Shown here: piece by piece, positions 14,560 through 26,295 of the stretch
Numbering within the stretch: the first letter of the stretch is position 1
Layout of the letters: each line of letters starts with the position of its first letter
Translations under genes and position numbers: made by a program
Notes under the pieces: model-generated
Databases searched by the model: none
What the model saw: only the letters and a program-made list of their open reading frames with translations
What the model was told of the DNA's origin: nothing
Assembly (NCBI RefSeq): GCF_009914755.1
Contig: NC_060926.1
From: the human T2T-CHM13v2.0 reference genome, Homo sapiens
DNA length: 64,000 nt
Reading direction: 5' to 3' (one strand)

Positions 14560-15290
14560 TGACATAGTTTGAATATATGTCCCCACCAAATCTTATGTTG
14601 AGTTGTGATTCCCAGTGTTGGAGGTGGGGCTTGATGGGAGGTGTTGGGGTCATGGGGTCAGATCCTTCATGGCTTGCCTTGGTGCTGCTCTCATGAGATC
14701 TGGTTGTTTAAGTGTGTGGCACCTTTTCCCCACTCTCTTGCTCCTGCTCTCACCATGTGAAGAGGCTGCTCTTGCTTCACCTTCTGCCATGAGTGAAAGC
14801 TCCCTAAGGCCCCCCAGAAGGTGAGCAGAGCAGATGCCAACACCATGCTTCCTGTACAGCCTATAGAACCATGAGCCAATTAAACCTCTTTTCTTTTCTT
14901 TTTTTCTTTCTTTCTTTTTCTTTTCTTTTTTTTTTTTTTTTTTTTTTTGAGACAAGAGTCTTGCTCTGTTGCCCAGACTGGAGTGCGACGGTGCTATCTC
15001 GGTTCACTGCAAACTTTGCCTCCTGGGTTTCCTGCCTCAGCCTCCTAAGTAGCTGGGATTACAGGCACATGCCACCACACCCAGCTAATTTTTGTATTTT
15101 TAGTAGAGATGGGGTCTCACCATGTTGGGCAGGCTACTTTCAAACTCTGACCTCAGGTGATCCACCAGCCTTGGTGTCCCAAAGTGCTGGGATTACAGGC
15201 ATGTACCACTGTGCCCGGCCAACGTCTTTTCTTTATAACTTACCCAGTCTCAGATATTTCTTTATAGCAACACAAGAATGCCCCAATACA
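14560..15290 (+). mobile_element. MSTB-like MaLR LTR interrupted by an Alu
   Basis: tgacatagtttgaatatatgtccccaccaaatcttatgttg...gcagatgccaacaccatgcttcctgtacagcct...ttacccagtctcagatatttctttatagcaa...aataca. Confidence 0.9.
14897..15220 (-). mobile_element. AluS (Sx-like)
   Basis: T-rich tail then dimer ending gtgcccggcc; TSD aacctcttttcttt / aacgtcttttcttt. Confidence 0.95.
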
Positions 15291-15890
15291 TATATACTAT
15301 ACACACACTAACCAAAAGTAAATCTATACTAATATCAGACAAAGTAGATGTTAAGAAAAAAGTATTACTGGAGGTAAGTGAGGACATTTATTGTTTAAGG
15401 GACTAATTTAAAAAATATGATAATACTAGAGAGATCATGGCAGGTGGGAGGCAGGATTGGATTGCAGCTACAACTCGGATGGACAGAGAAGCGTGTGGAG
15501 GCTTGCATTGTGAATTTTAGCTCCAGATTGACTGCAAGAAAAAACCAGCAATCCAGAGAGGACCCACAGACCCTCTGAAGGAAGCAGACTGCTCCTGCAG
15601 GACCCAGGAGACACCTCAAATACTGTGTAGGTATCCACGGCTGAGAGACCCATGGACGATTTACATCACAGGACTCTGTGTAGACAACCCCCAGTACCAG
15701 CCCGAAGCTAGGTAGACTTGCTGGGTGGCTAGACCCAGAGGAGAGACATCAATCACTGCAGTTTGGGTCACAGGAAGCCACATCCTTAGGAAAAGGGAGA
15801 GAGTACTGTATCAAGGGAATACCCCATGGGACAAAATAATCTGAACAACAGCCTCAGCCCTAGACCTTCCCTCTGATAGAGCCTACCCAA

Positions 15891-16905
15891 ATGAGAAGGA
15901 TCCAGAAAACCAACTCTGGTGATATGAAAAAACAAGGCTCTTTAATGCCCCCCAAAAATCACACTAGTTCACCAGCAATGGATCTAAACCAAGAAGAAGT
16001 CCCTGATTTACCTGAAAAAGAATTCAGGAGATTAGTTATTAAGCTAATCAGGGAGGCACCAGAGAAAGGTGAAGCCCAATGGAAGGAAATCCAAAAAATG
16101 ATACAAGTGAAGGGAGAAATATTCAAGGAAATATACAGCATAAAGAAAAAACAATAAAAATTCAGGAAACATTGGACACACTTATAGAAATATAAAATGC
16201 TCTGGAAAGTCTCAGCAATAGAATTGAACAAGGAGAGGAAAGAAATTTGGAGCTCAAAGACAAGGTCTTCGAATTAACTCAATCCAACAAAGACAAAGAA
16301 AAAAGATTAAGAAAATATGAACAAAGCCTCCAAGAAGTCTGGAATTATGTTAAATGACCAAACCTAAGAATAATCGGTGTTCCTGAGGAAAAGAAAAATC
16401 TAAAAGTTTGGAAAACATATTTGGGGGAATAATCGAGGAGAATTCTCCCAGCCTTGCTAGAGACCTAGACATCCAAATATAAGAAGCACAAAGAATAAGT
16501 GGGAAGTTCATCACAAAAATATCATCACCTAGGCATATTGTCATCAGGTTATCTAAAGTTAAGATGAAGGAAAGACTCTTAAGAGCTGTGAGACAGAAGC
16601 ACCAAGTAACTTATAAAGGAAAACCTATCAGATTAACAGCAGATTTCTCAGCAGAAACCCTACAAGCTAGAAGGGATTGGGGCTCTATTTTCAGCCTCCT
16701 CAAACAAAACAATTATCAGCTAAGAACTTTCTATCCAGTGAAACTAAGCATCATATATGAAGGAAAGATACAATTTTTTTCAGACGAACAAATGCTGGGA
16801 GAATTTGCCACTACCAAGCCACCACTATAAGAACTGCTAATAGGAGCTCTAAATCTTGAAGCAAATCCTGGAAACACATCAAAACAGAACCTCTTTAATG
16901 CATAA
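15891..16905 (+). pseudogene. Disrupted L1 ORF1p
   Basis: ORF-track fragments include ...VTYKGKPIRLTADFSAETLQARRDWGSIF...; several stops and frameshifts. Confidence 0.9.
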
Positions 16906-16981
16906 ATCACACAGGAGCTCTAAAACAAAAATACAAGTTAAAAAGCCAAACAAAAAACAAGGCACACAGGCAACAAATAGG

Positions 16982-18985
16982 ATGATGAATGCAATGATAC
17001 CTCACATCTCAATACTAATGTTGAATGTAAATGGCCTAAATGCTCCACTTAAAAGATATAGAACTGCAAAATGGATAAGAACTCACCAACCAACTACCTG
17101 CTGCCTTCAGGAGACTCACCTAACACGTAAGGACTCACATAAACTGAAAGTAAAGGGGTGGAAAAAGATATTTCATGCAAATGGACACCAAAGCAGCAGG
17201 GGTAGCTATTCTTATATCAGGCAAAACAAACTTCAAAGCAACAACAGTTAAAAGAGACAAAGAGGGACATTATATAATGGTAAAAGGCCTTGTCCAACAG
17301 GAAAAATATCACAATCCTAAACATACACGTGCCTAACACTGGATCTCCCAAATTTATAAAGCAATTACTAATAGACCGAAGAAATGAGATAGACAGCAAC
17401 ACAATAATAGTGGGGGACTTCAGTACTCCACTGACAGCGCTAGACAGGTCATCAAGACAAAGTCAACAAAGAAACAATGGATTTAACCTAACTTTGGAAC
17501 AAATTTACTTAACAGATATATACAGAACATTGCATCCAACAAACACAAAATATACATTCTATTCAACAGTGCATGGAATGTTCTCCAAGACAGACCATAT
17601 GATAGGCCATAAAACGAGCCTCAATAAATTTAAGAAAACTGAAATTATATCAAGCACACTCTTAAACCACAGTGGAATAAAACTGGAAATTAACTCCAAA
17701 AGGAACATTCAAAACCATGCAAATACAAGGAAATTAAATAACCTGCTCCTGAATGAGCATTGGGTCAAAAACAAAATCAAGATGGAAATTAAAAAATTAT
17801 TCAAGCTGAATGACAATAATGACACAACCTATCAAAACCTTTGGGATACAGCAAAGGCAGTGCTAAGAAGACAGTTCATAGCCCTAAATGCCTACATCAA
17901 AAAGACTGAACGAACACAAACTGACATTCTAAGGTCACACCTCAAGGAATTAGAGAAACAAGAACAAACCAAACCCAAATCCAGCAGAAGAAAGGAAATA
18001 ACCAAGATCAGAGCAGAACCTAATGAAATTGAAACAAAAAAATACAAAAGATAAATGAAACTAAAAACTAGTTCTTTGAAAAGATAAATAAAATTGACAG
18101 ACCATTAGCAAGACTAACCAAGAAAAGGAGTAAGAAAATCCAAATAACCTCATTAAGAAATGAAACAGGAGATATTACAACTGACACCACTGAAATACAA
18201 AAGATCATCCTACTGCTAAAGGCTACTAAGAACACCTTTATACACATAAACTAGAAAACCTAGAAGAGATGGATAAATTCCTGGAAAAATAAAACCCTCC
18301 TAGCTTAAATCAGGAATAATTAGATACCGTAAATGAACCAATAACAAGCATATAGATTTAAATGGTAGTTAAAAAATTACCAACAAAGATGTCCAGGACC
18401 AGATTCACAGCAGAATTCTACCAGACATTCAAAGAAGAATTGGTACCAATCTTTTTGACACTATTCCACAAGATAGATAAGGAAGGAACCCTCCCTAATT
18501 CATTCTATGAAGCCAGCATCACCCTAATACCAAAACCGGGAAAGGACATAACAAAAAAAGAAAACTACAGACTGATATCCTTGATGAACATACATGCTAA
18601 AATCCTTAACAAAATACTAGCTAACTGAATCCAACAACATATCAAAAAGATAATCTACCATGATCAAGTGGGTTTCATACCAGGGATGCAGGGATGGTTT
18701 AACATGTGCAAGTCAATAAATGTGATACACCACACAAACAGAATTAAAAACAGAAATCACATGATCATCTCAATAGATGGAGAAAAAGCATTTGACAAAA
18801 TCCAGCATCCCTTTATGACTAAAACTCTCAGCAAAATCAGCATACAAGGGACATAACTTGTGGATAAAGAAACTGTGGTATATTTATATGATGGAATACT
18901 ACTCAGCCATGAAAAGGAATAAATTAATGGCATTTGCAGCATTCTGGATGAGATTGGAGACTGCTATTCTAAGTGAAGTAAATCA
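16982..18985 (+). pseudogene. Disrupted L1 ORF2p (endonuclease, start of RT, extreme C-terminus)
   Basis: [81 protein letters not shown]; frameshifted and internally deleted at ~18857. Confidence 0.92.
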
Positions 18986-19361
18986 GGAATGGAAAACCAA
19001 ACATCATATGTTCTCACTGATATGTGGGAGCTAAGCTATGAGGACGCAAAGGCCTAAGAATGATACAATGGACTTCAGGAACTTGCGGGGAAAGGTAGGA
19101 GGGGAGTGAGGGATAAAAGACTACAAGTATGGTTCAGTGTATGCTTCTCAATTGATGGGTGCACCAAAATCTCACAAATCACCACTGAAGAACTTATGTA
19201 ACCAAATACCACCTGTACCCCAATAACTTATGGAAAAAATAAAAGTAAAAAATATGATAATACCAAATTTTTATGACCCTAATAATAAAACTCAAAATAT
19301 ATAAAGCAAAATCCAGCTGAAGTAAAAGGAGATGTTGACAAATCCACAATTATAATTGGAT

Positions 19362-19582
19362 TTGTTAGAATAAATAGCCAAAACTATTAGAATAAGTAAT
19401 TATTCTAATACAACATTAATTGTAATTAATAATAACAATAAGTTGTTACAATATATTGTACAATAAGTTGTACAATAAGTTGTAATTAATAATTACAATA
19501 AGTAATTCTAATAATAAGTAATTATTCTAATACAACTTATTCTAATACAATTGTGGTTAGAATTCCGACACAACTGTTAGAA
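19362..19582. repeat. AT-rich patchwork of short direct and inverted repeats
   Basis: Recurring caataagttg, ttattctaatacaa and ttagaat units in both orientations. Confidence 0.85.
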
Positions 19583-20735
19583 TCTGTAGACAAACAATAC
19601 ATAAGGATATAGAAGAGTTTATCATTGTCTCCCAACTTAATTGGCACGTATAAAATTCTTCACTCAGCAATTGTGTAAGATAAATTACTTTCAAGTACCC
19701 ACAGAACATTTATTTATCAAATATTGACCACATGCTGGGTAATACAGTAAGTCTCAACAAATGTGTAAAGATTAAAATTGTGCATAGTATATTCTCCAGT
19801 CACAGTGAAGTCAAGCTAGAAATAAATGCAAAATGATAACTAGAAAACCCTCAAATGTTTGGAAATTAAGCAATACACTTTCAAGTAAATCTATGGGTCA
19901 AAGAAGAAATCACAATAAAAATTAAATACACTTTTTTCACTGAATGATAATGAAAACACAACATAGCAAAACTTCTGGGATAAAGCTAAACAAGTGATTT
20001 GAGGGAAATATATGGCTTTAAATGAACATGTATAAAAGAGGAAAGGCTGAAAATCAAAGGCGTTATCTTACATTTCAGGAAGTTAAAAACAGAAGAGAAA
20101 ATTAAAAGCTAGGAAAATGGAAGGAAATGATAAAGATAAAAAACAATGAGCTACAAAACAAAAATACAATAAAGAGAATCAACAAACCAAAAGTTGTTTT
20201 TTTTAATTATACTAATGAAATTGAGAAAACCCTAGAAAACTAATAAAGCAAACAAACACAAATGGCCAATATCAAGAATGAAGAAAGAAATTATCATAGA
20301 GATCCTATAGATATTAAATATATAATAGAGAATTATGAACAAATAACCCCATAAATCAAAAAAATTGACGAGATGAACAAATTCCTAAAAAAAATTTAAC
20401 AAAGCTGAAAGAAAAAAATAGACAATCTGAATTTTCTAGTTTAATTTAAAAAATGTGTGATGAAAATTCCCCGAAGACAATGATGGACTCAGGTGACCTC
20501 AGGAGTAACTTTTTCTAAATATCTAAGAAAGAATTCACACCAACTTCTCACACACTCTTCTAGAGGATAGTAAAGGAGACATCACTTCCCAACTTGTTTT
20601 ATGAAGATGAAGATGGCATAATTTATATGCCAAAACTTGATAAATGTATTATTAAAAAACTCAAAGTCACAGAACAGCGTTTTAAATGAACATAGATGCA
20701 AAAATCCTAAATAAAATACTAAGTAGTAATGCAGT

Positions 20736-20738
<3 letters not shown>

Positions 20739-20765
<27 letters not shown>
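20739..20765. repeat. (TA)n microsatellite
   Basis: About 13 consecutive TA units. Confidence 0.9.
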
Positions 20766-20766
<1 letters not shown>

Positions 20767-22201
20767 GCTGTGCATACAAACACACACACGCACAGCACTA
20801 TTACCACCAAGTTGAATTTATTCTGAGAATATAAGGCTAACTTAACATTAGAAAATTAATCAATGTGATTCATAATAGAATAAAAGGAAAAAGAGCTTAT
20901 ATCAACTTCATACAAGTCAATACTCATTCACGATTAAAAAATACTTTTAGCCAACTAGAAACTGAGGGAAATTTCGCAATCTAAAAGGTATCTATAGAAA
21001 ATCTAGAGCAACATCATATTTAATCATAAAATATTAAATGCTTTCCTCTGAGGTAGGGAATGAAATAGGTTGATTACTATTACTTTTCCTATTTAACATT
21101 GTACTGAAGAGCCTAGCCAGTGGAATAAGGAAAGGAATGAAATAAAAGATATATGGATTGGAATGGAAGATATTAATATATTTTCTTTGATGAAAATATT
21201 CAGTTTGTAGAATATTTGAAATAAATATTATCACTCAGAGAATTTTGCAAAGTCATTGAATGTAAGGTCAGTAATCAAAGTGTTTCCTATATCTAGCAAG
21301 GGATATTAAGAAATCGCTTTAAAATGATACCATTTTCACATGAAAACTATTAAATATCGAAAAATAAACTTAATGCAAGATATGTATAACCCCAAAAAAG
21401 AAGACTAAAGATGATTATTAAAAGAAATTATAGAAGACCTAAATAATGGAGGAATATACCATGTTCACGTATTGAAAGGCTTAAAATTATAACAATTTCA
21501 ATTGATTTATAGATCAATGCAATCTCAATGAAAAACCTCAGCAGGTTTTTCTTTTCATGGAAATTGACAAGCTGTGTCTAAAATTTATATAGAAATTCAG
21601 ACACAAGAATAAGATCAATCTTGAAGAATAACAAAGCTAATAGATTTACAATAACAGATATCAGATTTTAATATAAAGCAAAATGAATTAAAATGTGATA
21701 ATAGTGGCACAAGCATAAAGCAGTAGAACAGAATAAGGTGTACAAATGTAGACTCTCACATTTGTGGTCACCTGATTTATAATACAGGTGTCAGTGCATT
21801 GCAGTGGTGAAAGGAATGCCTTTTTAATAAACGTGTTCACTTCTAACCAACAAGGGAAAAAAATAAATCTTTTCCCGTATTTCACACCCCATACAAAATG
21901 TCAGATTCAGAGGGAACAGTAACCTAAACATAAAAGCTAAGACAATGAAGCTGCTAGAAGATAACATTTGAGAATGTCTTTGTAATCTTAGGGTAGGCAA
22001 AATTTCCTAAACAGAACACAAAAAGCACTAACCATAAAATGTAAGATTTATAAATTGCGCTACATTAAAATTAAGAGCTTCTGCTCATCAAAAACTCTAG
22101 TAAGGAAGTAAAAAGGCAAGCCACAGGATAGATATATTTGCAATACAAATAACCAAGAAAGGATTCATGTTCAGATTTAAAAACAACAGAAAAACAACTC
22201 T

Positions 22202-22384
22202 TGCCTTAGCCTGCTTGGGTTGCCATCACAATATACCATAGACTGCATGGCCTAAATAACAGAAATTTATTTTCTCATGGTTTTGGGGGCTGGGAAGTCC
22301 AAAATCAAGGTTCTGGTGGGGTTTGACTCATGGTAAGGTCTTTCTTCCTGGCTTGCAGATGGTGGCCTTCTTGTATTCTCACAT

Positions 22385-22390
<6 letters not shown>
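22202..22390 (-). mobile_element. MLT1A-like LTR, partial
   Basis: ataccatagactgcatggcctaaataacagaaatttattttctca...ggaagtccaaaatcaagg...ctggcttgcagatggtggccttctt. Confidence 0.82.
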
Positions 22391-22421
<31 letters not shown>

Positions 22422-22583
22422 AGGAGGAGGAGGAGGAGACGGAGGGGGAGGGAGGAGGAGGCGGAGGGGGAGGGGGGAGGAGGAATAGGAGGGGGAGGAA
22501 AGAAGAAAGGAAGAAGAAGAGGAGAGGAGGAGAGGAGAAGAGGAGAAGAAGGAGAAGAATGAGAAGAAGAAGGAAAAGGAGAG
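22386..22583 (+). repeat. Polypurine tract: (GA)n, (GGA)n, G-runs, (GAA)n
   Basis: ~200 bp almost entirely A/G on the + strand. Confidence 0.95.
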
Positions 22584-23363
22584 ATATCATCTGAATTGCT
22601 CTCTGCCCCAGGAATCAATCTTTGCTAACTTGAGGGCATTCACACACCTGTTGAGCATGTATATTTAGAGAGAAAATTCCTATGGTGCTCCCCCAGAGCA
22701 TTCCTATTTCCCAATTTTTCCTAGCCTGGTTTGTTTAACTCTTTCTTGAGTTTTGTGAGATACTACTTCTTCCTTTATGAACATTCCCTTTCTGCTACTC
22801 ATAACCAAAACAACCTAAAGAGAAAAGCAAAAATTTCTACTAGTAAAGGCTTTTTAAAAATCTATTATGTTTAAAACACCCAGGGGGCTATCACAGGAAT
22901 TTATGCAATGATATTCTTTGTCAGATATGTTTTCATGTTAGCACCTGCTTTTTGTACAAAAAAGGCAGATACTAGTTTTTAATTCAAATTGAAGATACTC
23001 TGAATACCACATTTGTATCTACATGTTATAGAAAAGGCAACAGAAAATTGCTTTGAATAATGGGAAATACCTCTGTATCTGAATAATTTAGATACTGAAC
23101 CTATTTTCATTTGCATTTTACACATTTATACCAGCCATCCCACAAAATACTGAACAAGTGGAAGAATCAATATCTGAATTTAATTTTGCAAAGAAATTTA
23201 AAAGCTGGTAGAAATAGAGGATTAGAAGAAGGATCTTATTTCATCTCATCTCATGCAATGTTATATCATCAAATCAAATCTGAGATTAGAGTGTGATCTG
23301 TTGTTTTCTTTTAAGAAACTTATTTTAAAAGTACTATATATATTTACATTTATTTTAAGATAT

Positions 23364-23638
23364 CTTTGGGAGGCAGAGGCGGGCGGATCACAAGGTCAGG
23401 AGATCGAGACCATCCTGGTTAACACGGTGAAACCCCGTCTCTACTAAAAATACAAAAAATTAGCTGGGTGTGGTGGCAGGTGCCTGTAGTCCCAGCTACT
23501 CGGGAGGCAGAGGCAGGAGAATGGCGTGTGAACCCGGGAGGCAGAGCTTGCAGTGAGCCGAGATCGCGCCACTGAACTCCAGCCTGGGTGACGGAGCAAG
23601 ACTCCATCTCAAAAAAAAAAAAAAAAACCACACAAAAA
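23364..23638 (+). mobile_element. 5'-truncated AluY
   Basis: aggtcaggagatcgagaccatcctggttaacacggtg, gaatggcgt and gagcttgcagtg are Y diagnostics; flanking repeat aagatat. Confidence 0.95.
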
Positions 23639-24251
23639 AAGATATATTTGATAAGACTGGAGTTATGATTATTATATTAGGTTTTTATTCCTGATACTTA
23701 GTGTACATACATGTTTTGTTTTCACTTTTCCTAGTAATGCAAATTAAAGATTTTATTTTCTATTGTCCTTTTAATTTATTAATCTGGTTGTTGATGGTCT
23801 ATCTTTCGTTCTCTTTCTATTGTCATTCACCTAGATTGGAGAATCTTTAATTTTAATTCTTGTCTCTTTTGAATATATATTATTTTCTTCACTACTTCCA
23901 TGTTTTTGATAACACTCATCTTGAAATCTTTAGATCATTTTTCTGTGACTCTTGGTTTTAAGAGATTTCTCAGTTTCAAAAGCTTCTTTATAATTGTATT
24001 ATTTTCTCTAATATGCAATTGTTAACAACCATAAAATAGAAGTAGGATCAAGCATCTCTCTTCTGCGTTCCTGGATTTACATAGCTTCCACTGGGGCTTT
24101 AAGAGCTTCTGCCTTCAATGACATAGGTGAATATCAATCCTTTATTAACATATACATTTGAAGGAAATGTGGCTGCTTCTGCTTTTTCCTTTGGTTGGGA
24201 AGACAATTTTTAAATAATATTTAATAATGTAATCGATTAAAATCAAACCCT

Positions 24252-24506
24252 CCATTCGTTGAGTGCTTTACTGGGCATGAAGCATTGTGTAAGCTTTTTA
24301 CATATGTGATCTGAGTTAATCTCAGGACAATGCTAGGATGTAAAGTTCTAATTCCACACCTCAGAGGGTTGCTTAAAGAAACTGAACCCTGCAGAGGTTG
24401 CCAGTGAATAAATGTCACAGGGCTGGAGAGTGATAGAAAAAAAATAACATTCAAATTGAAATAAAATATAGGTCTATGTAATCCCAAAATCTAAGCTCTT
24501 TCCACT
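24252..24506 (-). mobile_element. MIR
   Basis: ccattcgttgagtgcttta...ttaatctcaggacaa...gaaactgaacc...aagctctttccact. Confidence 0.65.
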
Positions 24507-25704
24507 CAGGTAAATATTTCTGAAAAGTTTGAAAATATTAACTTAAAGGATAACAGATCTATGAAGATGTATTAAAGAACTTGAAGTGTTTAGGGGATAT
24601 ATGTGTGCCAGGACCATACTAGGTACTCCTTGTTTGCTTTAGAATGGATGATTGATGAAGTTATTAATAAATCAATGATTTAGAAGATAAATTGTTTCGT
24701 GGCATCTTTTTTTTGAACCAGGAGACTAACCAGGTTGGCCTCTTTCTCTGATGCCCTTTGCATGTTTGTGTATTTGGTGCTGCAGAGATGTTTCAGTCAA
24801 GTGAGGAAATTTATGGCTTGTGTAGGTGACTGTGAGTTGATTAAAGAAACATTGTATGGCTTTTCCCCATGTGTCTTGCTTTGGCTCTCACACCACCCGA
24901 GCTAATGGCCAGGGCACCTGCAGTCTGTAGGCTCAGCAATTGCTTTTCGGGCTGACAGCAGCTGTCAGCTGAGGGCCTAGGGGATTTCTCATCACAAAGT
25001 GATCAGATGATCTCATCACAAAGAGGAGGTTGGAACTTTGTCCACTTCCTGGGCAAAGAAGAGCTCTCTTCTGGTTAGGATGTAATCAGGCACCCTCTTC
25101 TAATCAAATTGCACATGGGTGCTTCTAGTTACTTTGAGCTGGTATCTTTGCATCCATCAGCAGATTGACTGGAGAGAGGCTCAAGGGGAGGGGACCTGTG
25201 TTTCCGTTGAAGACAGCAGAATTGTCTTCTATGAGGCATTGAAACAGTTTTCATTTTTATTTTTTAGGCCAAATCACAAGATTCTGCAGCATGGGGAAGG
25301 CTGCAGAAGTCAGGAAGGAGGCCTATGAATACGTAGGTGTCAGAGCAAGTATTGTAGGTCAGATAGGCATGTTCTTGTTTTCAGGGGAGCAGACAGAAAC
25401 AATACGTGCACATGTATTCTGTCCTCCCAGCCAACTCCCTGCAAGAATGAAAGCCTGGCTCTCTTCCTGTATTAACCTTTCTGTTCTGTGTTCATTGGTA
25501 TTCGGATAAATGATATTTATACAACACCTACAAGAAGCCAATCCCTGTGCTAGATGACACTGTAGAAAATATGAGAGAAGAAAAATTCTGGAATTTAACG
25601 GAATGTATAGGCAGAAGATTTTTATATGGATAAGACTTATATGACCACATGAGATGGCATGAAATTAAAAGATTAATGATGATACATGCAGCCAGTGACA
25701 CCAG

Positions 25705-25811
25705 TGGACTGCAAGCTTCATGAGGGCAGCTGCTTTGGGTCTTCACTAGCGTATCCCCAGCACCTAGAAAAGTGTAGGACTCACAAATTTGCTGAATGAG
25801 TGAGTGAATGA
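25705..25811 (+). mobile_element. L2 3' end
   Basis: gactgcaagcttcatgagggcag...gtatccccagcacctagaa...tttgctgaatgagtgagtgaatga. Confidence 0.8.
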
Positions 25812-25859
25812 TCAGAACATAGGGGAAGGTGAAGCAATACGTATTACAGCTAAAAGATT

Positions 25860-26075
25860 AAGCTATGAGATTTCAATTATGGGCCTGCCCCTCACTGCCG
25901 AACATTGGGATGGTTTTTTTAATCTCTCCAAATCTCAATGTCCTTATCTGCAAAATGGAATTTACATGAGCACCTAATTCATAGCATTGTTATGAAAATG
26001 AAATGAGATCACATAAAAAAGGAGATAAGCACATCTTGAGGTTTATATTAAAGGGTCAATACATTTTAGTTATTT
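25860..26075 (+). mobile_element. MIR
   Basis: ctcaatgtccttatctgcaaaatgga...catagcattgttatgaaaatgaaatgagat. Confidence 0.75.
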
Positions 26076-26295
26076 TTTGTATTAATGGCTAGAGTGTCAG
26101 TGGAGTTGATTTTACATGGAGAAGAAATCAATAGATTAAGGCAAGACTTGCAATCTACTGGCAGCTCTGACATTCGCAAGATGGAAAATTTGGAGCAAGT
26201 CAATTCCTTTCTCCAGATCTCCAATTCCTCATTTAGAGAAGGAGGTGGCTGGAGAAGGTGGTCTCTAAGATTGCATTAGACTTTTTCAGTTTGGA

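Larger units (their letters stand above)
15427..19246 (+). mobile_element. L1PB1 with both termini but two internal deletions (3.8 kb)
   Basis: L1PB-type 5' start (atggcaggtgggaggcaggattggattgcagct), ORF1 and ORF2 remnants, L1PB1-type 3' end (accaaataccacctgtaccccaataacttatggaaaaa); perfect 17-bp TSD aaaaaatatgataatac at 15410-15426 and 19247-19263 at a TT/AAAA endonuclease site. Confidence 0.93.
14460..22190 (+). mobile_element. Old L1M ORF2 relic (pieces ~14460-14559, 15291-15426, 19264-22190) hosting younger insertions
   Basis: Collinear degenerate endonuclease-to-RT sequence: atatgctgctcacaagag...gttgaaagtaaaa; atatcagacaaagtagat; gaccacatgctggg...aagtctcaacaaat; gaaattgacaagctg; tacattaaaattaagagcttctgctcatcaaaa. 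No intact frame. Confidence 0.85.

Noticed and set aside
14871-15311. 146-aa ORF and similar ORFs at 43777-44357, 47800-48450, 50039-50407, 55246-55446
   Set aside because: Translations of Alu sequence (e.g. [18 protein letters not shown]), not genes.
17290-18054. 254-aa ORF, the longest in the window
   Set aside because: A frameshifted piece of L1PB1 ORF2 endonuclease/linker, not an independent gene.
22267-22618. Pro/Leu/Ser-rich and Arg/Glu/Gly-rich ORFs
   Set aside because: Artefacts of the stop-free polypurine tract.
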